From the NCBI RefSeq assembly GCF_018350175.1, contig NC_058383.1:16804001-16868000 (forward strand): a stretch of DNA of 64,000 nt, in the 5' to 3' direction. The DNA is from Felis catus. Its lineage: Eukaryota. The notes under the pieces are model-generated. The model saw nothing but the letters and a program-made list of their open reading frames with translations, ran no database searches and had not been told where the DNA came from. Within the stretch, counting starts at the first letter, position 1. Every line of letters starts with the position of its first letter. Of the stretch, positions 27,301 to 46,000 are shown piece after piece. Position numbers and translations under genes: made by a program.

Positions 27301-28126
27301 AAGGGAATTAAAAGCAAAAATGAATTACTGGGACCTTATGAAGATAAAAAGCTTCTGCACAGCAAAGGAAACAACCAACAAAACTAAAAGGCAACCAACG
27401 GAATGGGAAAAGATATTCGCAAATGACATATCGGACAAAGGGCTAGTATCCAAAATCTATAAAGAGCTCACCAAACTCCACACCCCAAAACCAAATAACC
27501 CAGTGAAGAAATGGGCAGAAAACATGAATAGACACTTCTCTAAAGAAGACATCCGGATGGCCAACAGGCACATGAAAAGATGTTCAGCATCGCTCCTTAT
27601 CAGGGAAATACAAATCAAAACCACACTCAGCTATCACCTCACGCCAGTCAGAGTGGCCAAAATGAACAAATCACGAGACTATAGATGCTGGAGAGGATGT
27701 GGAGAAACGGGAACCCTCTTGCACTGTTGGTGGGAATGCAAATTGGTGCAGCCGCTCTGGAAAGCAGTGTGGAGGTTCCTCAGAAAATTAAAAATAGACC
27801 TACCCTATGACCCAGCAATAGCACTGCTAGGAATTTATCCAAGGGATACAGGAGTACTGATGCATAGGGCCACTTGTACCCCAATGTTTATAGCAGCACT
27901 CTCAACAATAGCCAAATTATGGAAAGAGCCTAAATGTCCATCAACTGATGAATGGATAAAGAAATTGTGGTTTATATACACAATGGAATACTACGTGGCA
28001 ATGAGAAAAAATGAAATATGGCCTTTTGTAGCAACGTGGATGGAACTGGAGAGTGTGATGCTAAGTGAAATAAGCCATACAGAGAAAGACAGATACCATA
28101 TGGTTTCACTCTTAAGTGGATCCTGA
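24306..28126 (+). pseudogene. L1 ORF2p with two frameshifts (about 24685 and about 25395); 889-aa RT/CCHC portion open
   Basis: EN motifs lie in ORFs 24252-24704 and 24712-25401. QGCPLSP, FADDM and CWRGC..HCWWEC lie in 25457-28126. Confidence 0.93.
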
Positions 28127-28226
28127 GAAACGTAACAGGAACCCATGGGGGAGGGGAAGGAAAAAAAAAAAAGAGGTTAGAGTGGGAGAGAGCCAAAGCA
28201 TAAGAGTCTGTTAAAAACTGAGAACA

Positions 28227-28445
28227 GGGGCGCCTGGGTGGCGCAGACGGTTAAGCGTCCGACTTCAGCCAGGTCACGATCTCGCGGTCCGTGAGTTCGA
28301 GCCCTGCGTCAGGCTCTGGGCTGATGGCTCAGGGCCTGGAGCCTGTTTCCGATTCTGTGTCTCCCTCTCTCTCTGCCCCTCCCCCGTTCATGCTCTGTCT
28401 CTCTCTGTCCCAAAAATAAATAAACGTTGAAAAAAATTAAAAAAA
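28227..28445 (+). mobile_element. Young SINEC_Fc in the L1 3'UTR
   Basis: Canonical head. TSD aaaaactgagaaca at 28213-28226 and 28446-28459. Confidence 0.96.
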
Positions 28446-31400
28446 AAAAACTGAGAACAAACTGAGGGTTGATGGGGGATGGGAGGGAGGAGAGGGTGGG
28501 TGATGGGTATTGAAGAGGGCACCTTTTGGGATGAGCACTGGGTGTTGTATGGAAACCAATTTGACAATAAATTTCATATATAAAATAAAAAAAAAGAAAA
28601 ACATCTAGGGATCAAAATGGATACATGATGGGTCAAAGTTCTTCATTTCAGCAGACAATGGGATAAAACTGAGAATAAAGTGACTGGCTCTGTTTCTCTT
28701 CTCTCACAAGTGAGGATGCTTCCTCCTCATTCCTCTGGCTTTGCCTATAAACCAATATTTTGTCTGACAACCTTCAAATGCCCTGTATCTTTTATTGTCA
28801 AAATATTTCCAAAAAGCAAGTCCCATGGGGCTTTTTGCCCAGCCTATGCCAGATTCAGGATAATTTGGCCAGGCTCCCCAATTAAAATTAGGGGACATTG
28901 TCTTAGGTTTGGCCTTGAATTTCACATAGTGGGGACTTATTTTTTAAAAACAAAATAGCAAGGGGATGGGAATGGATACACAGAAAGCCAAATATCTCCA
29001 TTTCAGATGAGAATGGGATGATTCGGGGAATGAAGTGAACAGCACAATCTCCTGGCAAGCCTCCTCTTTCTGAACAAACACACATCAACTGGGCAAATAG
29101 TAATCAATCATCCGCTAAACCTAAGAGCCCTATCTACAAGATCTGTGCATTCTTACCTCAAATAGGGCAAGTAGTCTTTTGGCCCTCACCTTTTTTCCAG
29201 CCCTTTCCTTCAATGGATAGAGGCAGTGGTAATTTGTTGGTATTGGCTCTCAGGTAACACATAAGTGTGTGGAACTGGGCTCTTGTTTGTAAACTTTGAT
29301 CTTTTTCTTTGTTGAAAAGCTCAGGGATTGCAATGTGCATAGACAAAACTTCAACTGCTAGGAATGAAGGCATTGCATGCAGCAGGAGGGAAGATCTAGG
29401 CAGGGTGGCCATTGTCATGGCAACCCCAGCCTCAAGCACCATCTACTCAATAAGAAGAGGACAATGTTTCTTCAGTGATGTAAGAAACTGATGTGTCCAG
29501 TTGGCACAGGGAGTGGGAGCTTGCTGCCATTGCTAGGAGATTGCTGTCTAGGTGCAACTGCATTTCCCTTGACTCCTTAATGCTGATATATTTACTCTAC
29601 AAGTAAGTAAGGATAGTTTCAATACCGTTATTTTTTCCACAGGCAAACCTCTTGTGCTGAACACTTTCCAGTGTCCTAGGGTTCCTGCTTCCTGTTGCCA
29701 ATGTAAGTTTGACAGTGAAGCCCTTGTGGCACCCATTGTCCAAGCTATCCCACATTAAGGGATCTTGGTATAAAAGACTTGACAATTAAAATCAGAGAAG
29801 AGGCTTCCAGACTCCTGCCCAAAAGGCCCCACAGGCAAGAACTGGTTAATAATAATAATTAATAATTATAACAACAACAACAATAAAGTAAATCAGAAGA
29901 AACGCACTGAGGGCCAAAGCTGTTCACCTCAGATGAAAATTGAATCAACCTGGGGATGTTTATATGAGCACGATTTCCTAGACAAGCTTGGTATCCTGAA
30001 AGTAGAAAGGAAACACCTGTGGGGTTGGGATAAAAGGAAGCACCAGCCACAATAACACTGAATCCTGATCTTGATGGGGCAGGAAGCTTCTGGCTCTTGC
30101 CTTACTCTTCTATTCAGTGGGTAGAGAACCTTGTGATAGTTGTGGATGTTGGCTTCTTTGTGCTGGCTGGCAGCCATGACTGTGGAATTGGGTTCTGGCC
30201 CCAGAGTCCTTGAATGGACTCTCTGCCATGACCATCTGGGGAAGAACAGTGCTCATGCTAAAACTTTTACCCTCTCAGAATTCAAAAACCTCACAAGGGG
30301 AAGTGGGATCAGGGTAACTAACCCCCTCAGGCCAATAGAAGCCTGCACAGCACAGAGGTCTCAGTACAGGAGGGCAATATGTCCTTACTAATCGCCATGT
30401 GTTAGCTGCTTGTTAATGCCAGAGACTCTGAGTAACAGCCACATCATTCCTCCCTCTCATTTCTGATCTCCAACTCCCCTGGCACCTAAGTGAGGATGGC
30501 TCCCTCCCAATAACACTTGCCCCTTTCTAATGCTTTTGGCCTTCTGTTGCCAAGATAGGTGTCACAGGTGAGCCCATGGAGAGCCCATGGCACAGGTTAT
30601 CCTGGATTGAGGGGAATGTAGTGGGACTCCACAATTAAAATCGGAGAGAAATACTTCCAGGCTCAGATTCTCAATCCCTCATATGAAAACCTGCCTAGAA
30701 AAAGGTCAAGGGAATTAGAAAGGATGCACTTTGGTCCAAATTCTTTGTCTCAGATGATAATGGAACAAAGCTGTCAATGAAGTGACTGGCACCTTGGGTG
30801 TCCTATGACTATGGAAAACCTGTGGCATATAGAGAAATGGGACATATTTTAGCTACACCTGGGAGCCCTAAAGTAGCACAAAAACCCTACATTTGGCCTC
30901 AGACAGTGAAGGAGGGCTTGTGGCTCTTGCCAGCTTTGCAGCTTTTCCTGTCAGTGGGTAAAAGCAATGGTGATTTGGAGGGTGGAGTCTCAATATGGGC
31001 TGAAGCCTAGGTCTGTGGGACTGGGTTCTGATTTTTAAGTTTTTGAGTAGTTTCTTTCTACCTTCACCTGCTGGGGAAATGGACTGGTCATGCAGAAACA
31101 CTTAGAGTCTCATAAAGCAGGATGTTCAGGCAGTCTATGGCGGGAGCATAGAGCACAGTAATAGTCATTATGCAATCATTAGACTTCAATGTCCTCAAGT
31201 TTTAAGGAGAGCAACATTTTCTTCCTTGACATCAGAAATTAGTTGTTGTGGGGGTAGAAAAGAACCTTCATTTATGCTTACTTGGAGTTAATCAACATAT
31301 CTGTGTGACTTTTTTTTTTTAACTTCTGACTGTGGCCCTGAAGGCCACATCTCCAACAGCTTTTGCCACAGAAGTGAGGCCAACTGTCTCCCAATATCAT

Positions 31401-33769
31401 CTGCCCCTACCCACAAGCAAACTTCTTGTGCTTAACACATTCAAGTTCCCAATACCTCCTGTTCTAAATTTAGATCTGGCAGGCACCCCAGGGCACCTGT
31501 CACTCAAGCTATTCTAAATTGATAAGAACTTGGCATGACTCCACAATTAAAATTGGAGAAAAATCTGCCAGACCCCAGCACTGAATGCCTCACAGTGAAC
31601 ACATGGTTAGGATAAGTGTAAGGGAATTGAAAAGGATACACTGAGGGTTAAAGTTCCTCATCTCAAATGAGAACAAAAATGAAGCTGTAGATAATGTTAC
31701 CAGCACAATTTCCTGGGCAAGATTGGTGTACAAGGATTAAGAGAGACCTGTGACCTGAAGAAAAGTGGAACATCCACTGGGTATACCAGGGAGTCAGGTG
31801 GGCAAAAGTCATGCACCCCAACTTCAATAAGGTCAGGAATGTGTCAAAGTATCAACAGCTTTAAAGGCCTTCCCATCTGTGGACAGAGGCAGTTGTGACT
31901 CACAAGGTAAGATCCTGCTCCTGGCAAGTCTGCAGATTCAGGCTCTGGTATTTTAGTCTTTGAGTATTTTTGTGCCCTCACCTGCTCGGTGAATGTACTT
32001 TACATGCATGAACTCTGAGTGCCTCAGGAGGTACGTAGCTCAGGCTTTCCTGAAATGGGTGGACAAAGAGCAGGGCAATAGCCCCCATGCCAACAGAAAC
32101 CTGCCAAACACAGAGTTCTTACTGGCAGGAGGTCAAACTTTACTTTTCACTATCAGAAATTAATCGCTATGTCATGACACACGGTGTGAGTGCAGGCTCC
32201 CTGGGAATGACTGGGCACTGTCTGAGTGAAAGCCCTGTAGCTCCTGAATTTGACCCCAGGTCCATGCTCCAGAAATTAGATCAGATCCTTCCCAACATCA
32301 CCTGCCCTTGTGCACATGCAAACCTCTTGTGCTGAACAGTTTCAAATGTCCTATACCTCCTTTTGCCAAGCTAGGTTTTGCAGAAGAGTTCCACAGACTC
32401 CTATTGCCCAGGTTATGCTAGATTACTGGGACCTAGTCACAATTCCATGATTAAAATCAGAAAATGATCCCAGATTTTGTCTGTGAATGCCCCTAACGAA
32501 ATCCTCATTAATAAAAGAGAAAGGGAATCTGAAGGGATGCACTGAGGCCCAAATGTCTTCATCTCAGATGAAAATGGTATTAAGCTTCAAATGAAGTCAC
32601 TAGCGCTTTTTCCTAGGCAGGGTTGGTGTCATCAGCAACATCAGTGGGCCAGGTCTAAGGGGAACATCCATTAGCTACACTTAGGAGCACGGTGTGCAAG
32701 AGGGCGATCACTATTTTCCATTCCTTTCCTTCAGTGATAGAGCAGTGGTGATTTGGGGGCTCTTGTCTGGCTTCTGGCTGACACACAAGTCTGTGGAAAT
32801 GGACTCTGGTCTTTTAGTTATTGAGTTTGTTTATTCTATCCTCACCTCTTCAATTAAGGACTTTGCATGGACAAACCATTAGTATCTCAGAATGGAGGAA
32901 GCTCAGGCACTCCAGGAGATTGGTAGAGAGCAGGGAGCAACCATCTAGGCCAACACAATTCTGCCAAGTACTGAGTTCTCAGTAACATAAGAACAATCTT
33001 TCTTCCCTAATATAAAAAAATTAATTGCTGTATGGTAGCACACCACCAGAGAGGACGCTCACCTAGAGCTTCTTGTCACTGTCTGAGGACAGACCAGTCA
33101 TTCCTGACTCTCACACCTGATCTCAGTCTCTTCTTGCCCCTTAACTGAGGTGGGTTATTTCCAGCACCACCTGCCTTGAAGTGCATTTGGTTTTTATATT
33201 CTCTACTCTATTGAAAAGCTAACCTGATTGCTTTGAGAATGATAGCTTTCTTTGGATTTGATTAAACACATAGGACACATCACACTTTGTTTCTATGTCC
33301 TTGGCTATATGGACATTATCATAACATATTTGCCTAAAGTGGGAAGCCTTCCAGAGGTTGAGCTTTGAGTAATTCTGTGTGATCTCCAAACAGGTAACTG
33401 ATATTTGACACAAATATAGAAATATCTAAATTCACTTGAAAGACAGTTTGTCAGTTGTCATACCTGGATTGTGTCAAATTCTCCTAATTATCACCTAGGA
33501 ATGATGAGTTTAAATATTTTGAAACACTTCTGATTAGAAAGTGTCTAAAGAAACATGGAAACTTCATGATAACACATTCTGCTACCCTGTTTTTCTTTAT
33601 TTATTCTAAATATTTGAGTAGCAAACATTTGATTTCATTCTATCCATGCTGAACTATAAGCATAGAGACAAAACAAGCATTCTTGGAATAAGTGAGTCAG
33701 TCACAATAAATCATAAGGCATTTTGTGCCTTTTTCTTTATTTTTTTAAGTGCTCTTTGGAATATGTTCA

Positions 33770-34286
33770 ACAATGATGCCTCCAGCTTTGCTTTTGCTTT
33801 TCAGAATTACTTTGGCTCTTCGGGGTCTTTTGTGATTCCATAGAAATTTTAGGATTGTTTGTTCTATCTCTCTGAAAGGTGCTGGTGGTATTTTGATAGG
33901 GATTGCATTAAATGTGTAGATTGTTTTGGGTAGTATAGACATTTTAACAATGTTTTTACTTCCAAACCATGAGCATGGGAAGTTTTCCCACTTCTTTGCG
34001 TCCTCTTCCATTTTCTTCATAAGTTTTCAGAGTACAGATCTTATACATCTTTGGTTAGTTTGATTTCTAAATATCTTATGGTTTTTGGTGCAATTGCAAA
34101 TGGAATCAATTCATTGATTTGTTTATCTAGGTGGATTCTAGGTGGATGGGTGATAGTTATTGAGGAGAGAACTTGTTATGATGAGCACTGGGTGTTGTCT
34201 GTAAGTGAGGAATCCTCACTTACTTAAATCCAACAATTCACTGTATGTTAACTAATGAGAATTTAAATAAAAATTTGGAGAAAAAA
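33770..34286. mobile_element. L1 fragments: minus-strand ORF2 piece (33770-34128) abutting a plus-strand 3' end (34130-34286)
   Basis: Minus ORF reads [18 protein letters not shown]. Plus strand reads atgagcactgggtgttg...tgttaactaatgagaatttaaataaaa. Possibly one twin-primed insertion. Confidence 0.75.
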
Positions 34287-34798
34287 TGAGCAGATGATAT
34301 GGTCTTGCTATTTTTACACCTCCATTTTGACCCTCCTATCCTGACTCAGATATTTTACCTTGAAGAACTTTGTTCACACACATGGACAATTTTGTTTTGA
34401 TGCTGTGCTTAATAAACATGGAAATCAGAAATATACAAACATAGGATGTTTGTGGATAAAGTGTTTTTCAGGGAAAATAATAAAATATTTCAATTACTTG
34501 ATTAACTTACAAAATTATACTTCAACCTACCAGTTCTAGTTTATGTGAATTTATTTTATAATTAATGAAAATTTTTTCAAGACCAATAAATTGTTATGTA
34601 AACGAGTTGTTGTTCTATCCACACCATAATGCATTAAGTATAGATTCTGCTTTTTTAAGTTTTAAAAAAGAAAATCATATACTACAATGTTAGAGCAGGG
34701 TGATCAATGATATGTGATTTCCCATGGCAGTCAATCCATAATAGGTTATAGACTAGCCACATTCAAGTTTCATTTATATGAAAAAGAAACATATCTCT

Positions 34799-40750
<5,952 letters not shown>

Positions 40751-41049
40751 AAGAAACACATCTCTATTCTGTTTGTGCCACTGTTACTTGGCATCTACTA
40801 CACGTGCCCAAATCTAACCCTCACCAAAGCAAGAACTTTACCATTGGAACATTGTGTGACTTTGGAAAGGATCTATGTCCTTCTGAAGGATAGATCTCTA
40901 TGCCTAGTAGCAGAGGGAGGTGTGGAAGTAGAGTCTATAATTCTGAGTTATAGTGATTCTGCCTGGTTGATATCTATGCCCTCTATACTAGGCACAGTGG
41001 TAGTGGGGTGGGGTGGTTGCTTAAGAACTACCTTTTGAGCAGAGTCTTT

Positions 41050-42470
41050 GCTACATTTCCATGCCTCATAAAACAGGCAGTACATTCATGCACTGTTGGG
41101 ATAGTGATGTCTTGCGTACCTGGTGGTGGACACAGACCTGATTTTTCTTCATTGGCTCCAAACATTTGCCTGTTTTATGCAGATTTTTATGCCTATATAA
41201 AGTAAACTGGTATGCTTAGTATGATCTATGGCTGAGCACTCCCCACCTGACATCCAGTGTTAATGGAGCCTGGCATTACATCCTCTTGAGAACTGACTTT
41301 TGTAGTTATGTATCCAAGCTCTCATTGTACAATGGGGTGACTGCTGTGATTGGGGAGCTAGGACTGGCCCAGATCACAGGAGGTGTCAAGAATCCAGAGG
41401 ATAAGGCTGAGCTCTGCCTTTTTTAGGCCATGGCTCAAACCCTTCCCATCGTGTTTGCTTTAGAAATGAGATACTCTTAACATTATGGGAGAATAATGCC
41501 CATTTTCTCTCCTTTTGAGGCCATTTCCTGTACAACTCCACACACGTGCACTGGCACACACGTATTGATGGTGTGTTCAAGAAAGAGCAGATACTGGGGA
41601 AGTGACAAGAGAGAAAGGAGAAAGAGGCTAAAGTGAGCTCTGCCATTGGGGCAACAGCATCCATTTTCATAGCTGCATATTCAAAGGCCCAAAGATGGGC
41701 AAGTAATTTCTGAAGTTGGTAGGTTTCTGCTGGACCCAGGGCCATCCTTGGCCCAGCCTCCAGAGGAAAGGACTATGATATTGCAGTCCCACTCTGTGGG
41801 TACCTGGAATTATGGTGAGTTGATTACCCTTAGTTGATACAATAGCTATAGAAGAAAATGCCTCAGTGTTCTCCTGTAGAGTGCTGTGTTACCAGTGGGT
41901 TTCTCCAGAGTTCCATATAATCATAAAGTGTCAGTTGGCTTTGGCTCTCCATCAATGACTCTATGTGTTCTAAGATACTAGAGAAATACTTTATAGTTGC
42001 TGGAAGCCTTTTGGACTTGGGTTGGTGAGGACTTGGGATAAGGAGGACATGTTGGAGCACTGTATCCTGACTGAGTCTGGAGTACAAGTACAATACCAGT
42101 CCTTGTTGTTCCACCAGGGTCTTCATTTGGAAATAAGGGTGTCATTTTCCTTGATGGCATGAAAAAGCTTTATAAGTAAAGAGTATACACTAAGAATGGA
42201 CAGAGAAAGAGGAGTGGCAGAAGCCTGAAGTCCCTTGCACAGCCCTGGATCCCCTAGATCCGGAGTTTACCCTGGGACCTTAAAGGGCCACTGCCTTCGT
42301 GTCAGCCACATAAAAGTGCTGATTTTGTTTAGTAGTCTTCATGCCTGTGGCTCCAGTGCTAGTGCTGGACACCAGGGAACAGGCAGCCACCTGTTTTTGT
42401 GGTGCCCACTGAGATTTTCTGCAGGAACTGAACGAGGGACAGGTCACACAGAGGTCATTCTGGATTTCCC
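41050..42470 (-). mobile_element. Possible very old ERV pol remnant
   Basis: Weak peptide resemblances only: YLYSRLSQ to the RT RLPQG motif, QKLLAHLWAF to QLLACYWAL, and MAELT to WAEL. Confidence 0.3.
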
Positions 42471-42559
42471 CTGACTCAGATACAACATGAATCTCCCATT
42501 ACTAGCAGTTATCTCCACAGAGTAAGCTGGTCAAAATCTATATGGAGTGCTCCATGGTC

Positions 42560-43030
42560 CTTCTATTTATTCATTCAGTAACTTCTCCAAACACTGACCT
42601 TGTGCTAGGGTATCTGGTGAGCCTAAGTGCAAGACTTACAAGGACAAAGTGGTCCCTGCCAGTCAGGTCTTCACAGTCTGGAGGGAAGATAAACAAAAGT
42701 ATAAAAGACAAGACATGTGAAAAAAAAAAAAAAGGGCAAGAACTGTAATTGTGAAAAGAACAAGTGTTCTGTGAGGAAAGGCTGGGGAGTCACTGAGGTG
42801 ACTCAGTGAGAGGCCTCACGGAGGTGACATTTGCTGGGGCCACAATGACAAGAAGGAACCACACTGCACATGTCTTCAGTGTGTCATGGAGATGCTATTG
42901 CTCATTCAGAGAATATGAGACAGAACTCAGTTTGTCCCGAAAACATTAGAAAGTTAGAAAATGTGGCTGTGTGATCCTGAGAGGGGAGAGGCAAGGAGGA
43001 GGGAGAGCATAGACCAGATGCTGGGACCTT
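42560..43030 (-). mobile_element. L2 3' fragment
   Basis: atttattcattca at the left edge, with ggtccctgcc...cacagtctggagggaaga and gaggtgacatttg, as in L2 reverse-strand sequence. Confidence 0.6.
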
Positions 43031-43039
43031 GTAGACTGT

Positions 43040-43660
43040 TAGTTATCAATTCCTCTCTGACAGCATTATCCAAATACCTTGAATCTTAAAACTACAAATA
43101 TTTAAGAGCTCACAGTTTTTGTGGGACAGGAATCCAGGCAGAGTATAGCTGTGTGACACTGCCTCAAAGTGTCTATGAAGCCAGGGCTGTGGTCCCAATG
43201 GAGACTCAACAGGGTGATAAATTATTCCCAAGCTCACTCACATAGGCAATGTCAGAATTCAGATTGAAATGAGAGCCCGTTTCAATCTTCTGACATGTGA
43301 AATTTTTTGTTTCTCTCCTATAGAGGGTTCTCATTTTGTAGCCCCTAACTTCAGTGCTTGATTACCCATTTCCAGGGTAATGGAGAGACGGGTAGACAAT
43401 GGGGACAGAGAGTTGAGAGAGAGGGAAATGGAGAGAGAAGGGAAGGATAGATAGAGAGAGATGGAGAGGTGTAGACAGACATAGAAAGAGATGGAACAAA
43501 CACAGGAGAAAGCAAGTAAGAAGAAAGTGACAGAAATTGTGTCATGAAATTTTGAAACTGACCTCACATCAGTCTGTGTTCCACTGGCTAGAAGCCCATC
43601 ACTAACAGCTTAGTGATTTCACAAGAAGTGAAGTTTCCTGACTGAACATGGATGACTCTC
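43040..43660 (-). mobile_element. MaLR LTR (MLT1-type)
   Basis: ctcacagtttttgtgggacaggaatccagg...agct...ccaagctcactcacat pattern with an internal GA-rich tract. Confidence 0.6.
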
Positions 43661-44242
43661 TGTGTCCCCTGGGTATGTCTGGGAAAGTGTGTTCAGTAGA
43701 GTCACCCCAAAACTGAGAACAGTGGCTACATTTTGGATATGGCTGCATTTGATGAATGCCCAGCCTTATTCATCATTAGAAATGTGAAAACAGGACAATG
43801 GATTTGATGTACATTCTCAACAACCAAACCAACAAAAATATCTCACCAAAGCCCTGAAACTAGAGCACTTGTTGTGCATTAGAGATAAGTGCTCTCATTT
43901 TTCAGTAGTGAGAGGACCTCCACTCTTTTACTTGAGGGTGATTGTTGCCATGATTTCAGCTGCCATCACTTTTTATTTCGGTGGGGAAGGGGTATACTTC
44001 TAGAAATCAAAGACACTGATTAGAGATTTGCACAAAGAATTAATTCAGGCATGTGTTATCTCTGATTTGACTCTAAGAGCCCTGAATGGGACACCTCCTT
44101 CTCAGACAGAAAGGATCCATTTCTTCTAGCAACAGGACCATGATACAGCCATTTAAAATGATGGTGTCAGACATAATGTCTCACTCTGTTGTCAAAACCT
44201 TTTAATGGACCATGACAAAATGAGTGGGCTCTTAAGATTTTG

Positions 44243-44990
44243 TTTTCTTTTTTTAATTTAAAATTTAGTTAATTAACATATTGTTTCAGAAGTAGAATTC
44301 AGTGATTCATCACTGACATACAATACCCAGTTCTCATCACAAGTGCCCTCCTTAATATCCCTTACCCATGTAGCCCATCTCTCACCCACATCCCTCCATC
44401 AACCTTCAGTTATTTCTCTATCGTTAGGAGTCTCCATTCCTTCTCTTCCCCACCTTCCCATATGTTAAATTCCACATATGAATGATATCGTATGATAGTT
44501 GTCTTTCTCAGATGGACTTATTTTGCTAAGTATAATACATTCTAGTTCCATACACGTTCTGATGGCTGAGTAATATTCTCATCAAGATAAAAAGCTTCTG
44601 CACAGTGAAGGAAATAATCAACAAAACTAAAAGCAGCCTTCATAATGGAAGAAGATATTTGCAAGTGACATTTCTGATAAAGGGTTAGTATCCAAAATCT
44701 AGAAATGACTTATCAAACACAACGCCCCCCCAAAAACCAAACAACCCAGTTATGAAATGGTCAAAAGACACGAATGGACACTTTTCCAAACAAGACTTCC
44801 AGATGGCTAACAGACACATGGTAAGATGCTCCACATCACTCATCATTAGGTAATGCAAAACAAAACTATGGTAGTACCTCACACCTGTTAAAATGGCTAA
44901 AATTAACAACACAAGAAACAAAAGTTGTTGGTGAGGATAGGGGAATACTCTTACTCTTTTTGTCAGAATGCAGACTGGTACAGCCACTTT
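44243..44990 (-). mobile_element. Twin-primed (5'-inverted) L1
   Basis: Minus-strand 3' end (44243-44580) joined to a plus-strand ORF2 segment IKIKSFC...LVQPL (44581-44990). Confidence 0.75.
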
Positions 44991-45034
44991 AGTAGGATTT
45001 TTTAAGAAAAATATTAGAAAGCACTCCTGCTTCT

Positions 45035-46000
45035 TTTTTATTTTATTTTATTTTTATTTTTACTTTTTTAATTTACATCCAAATTAGTTAGCATAGAGTG
45101 CAACAATGATTCCAGGAGCAGATTCCTTAGTGCCCCTTACCCATTTAGCCCATCCCTCCTCCCACAACCCCTCCAGTAACCCTCAGTTTGTTCTCCATAT
45201 TTATGAGTCTCTTCTGTTTTGTCCCCTTCCCTGTTTTTATGTTATTGTTGTTTCCCTTATGTTCAACTGTTTTGTCTGTTAAAGTCCTCATATGAGTGAA
45301 GTCATATGATTTTTGTCTTTATCTGACTGACTAATTTCACTTAGCATAATACCCTCCGGTTCCATCCATGTAGTTGCAAATGGCAAGATTTCATTCTTTT
45401 TGATTACCGAGTAATACTCCATTGTATATATATATACCACATCTTCTTTATCCATTCATCCATTAATGGACATTTGGGCTCTTTCCATACTTTGGCTATT
45501 GTTGATATTGCTGCTATAGACATTGGGGTGCATGTGTCCCTTTGAAACAGCACACCTGTATCCCTTGGATAAATACCTCATAGTGCAATTCCTGGGTTGT
45601 AGGGTAGTTAAATTTTTAATTTTTTTAGAAGAAACCTCCATACTGTTTTCCAGAGTGGCTGCACCAGCTTGCATTCCCACCAACAATGCAAAAGAGATCC
45701 TCTTTCTCCACATCCTCGCCAACATCTGTTGTCGACTGAGTTGTTAATGTTAGCCATTCTGGCAGATGTAAGGTGATATCTCATTGTGGTTTTGATTTGT
45801 ATTTCCCCGATGATGAGTGATGTTGAGCATTTTTTCATGTGTTTGTTGGCCACCTGGATGTCTTCTCAGGAGAAGTGTCTGTTCATGTCTTTTGCCCATT
45901 TCTTCACTGGATTATTTGTTTTTTGGGTGTTGAGTTTGATAAGTTCTTTATAGATTTTGAATACTAACACTTTATTTGATATGTCATTTGCAAATATCTT
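45035..46000 (-). mobile_element. 5'-truncated felid L1
   Basis: 3'UTR of the same type as the element at 1939. TSD gaaa(g/a)cactcctgcttct at 45017-45034 and 46001-46018. Confidence 0.92.

Larger units (their letters stand above)
22437..28594 (+). mobile_element. Young full-length L1 (L1_Fc-like) with CpG-rich 5'UTR
   Basis: Starts ggaggagggaagatggcgg. Perfect TSD agaaaaacatctagggat at 22419-22436 and 28595-28612. Confidence 0.97.
18525..33150. repeat. Ancient degenerate tandem array (about 0.9 kb unit, about 0.35 kb sub-repeats), interrupted by L1 22437-28594 and SINE 19696-19912
   Basis: About 13 copies of a core resembling ggatacactgagggtcaaagttcttcatttcagatgagaatgggat...gaatgaagtgactagcac, near 18730, 19090, 19925, 20435, 21070, 21410, 21795, 28618, 28973, 29900, 30720, 31633 and 32533. 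The motif (c/g)(a)attaaaat recurs near 28880, 29783, 30632, 31544 and 32449. Confidence 0.85.

Noticed and set aside
25457..28126. 889-aa reverse transcriptase ORF as a novel RT system
   Set aside because: Ordinary L1 ORF2p inside a TSD-flanked L1.
32465..32552. SNORD115-like end (ctgaggccca), suggesting the array is a C/D snoRNA cluster
   Set aside because: No RTGATGA C box or terminal stem about 70-90 nt upstream, and CTGA is not kept in most units.
18525..33150. miRNA cluster or CRISPR-like interpretation of the array
   Set aside because: I found no recurring hairpin by eye (RNAfold/miRBase would be decisive). The repeats are long and diverged with no identical repeat-spacer structure, and the DNA is mammalian.
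28595..34798. Inversion of the spacer between the two inverted young L1s
   Set aside because: Both elements keep matching TSDs, and the tandem array continues in the same orientation across the left L1.
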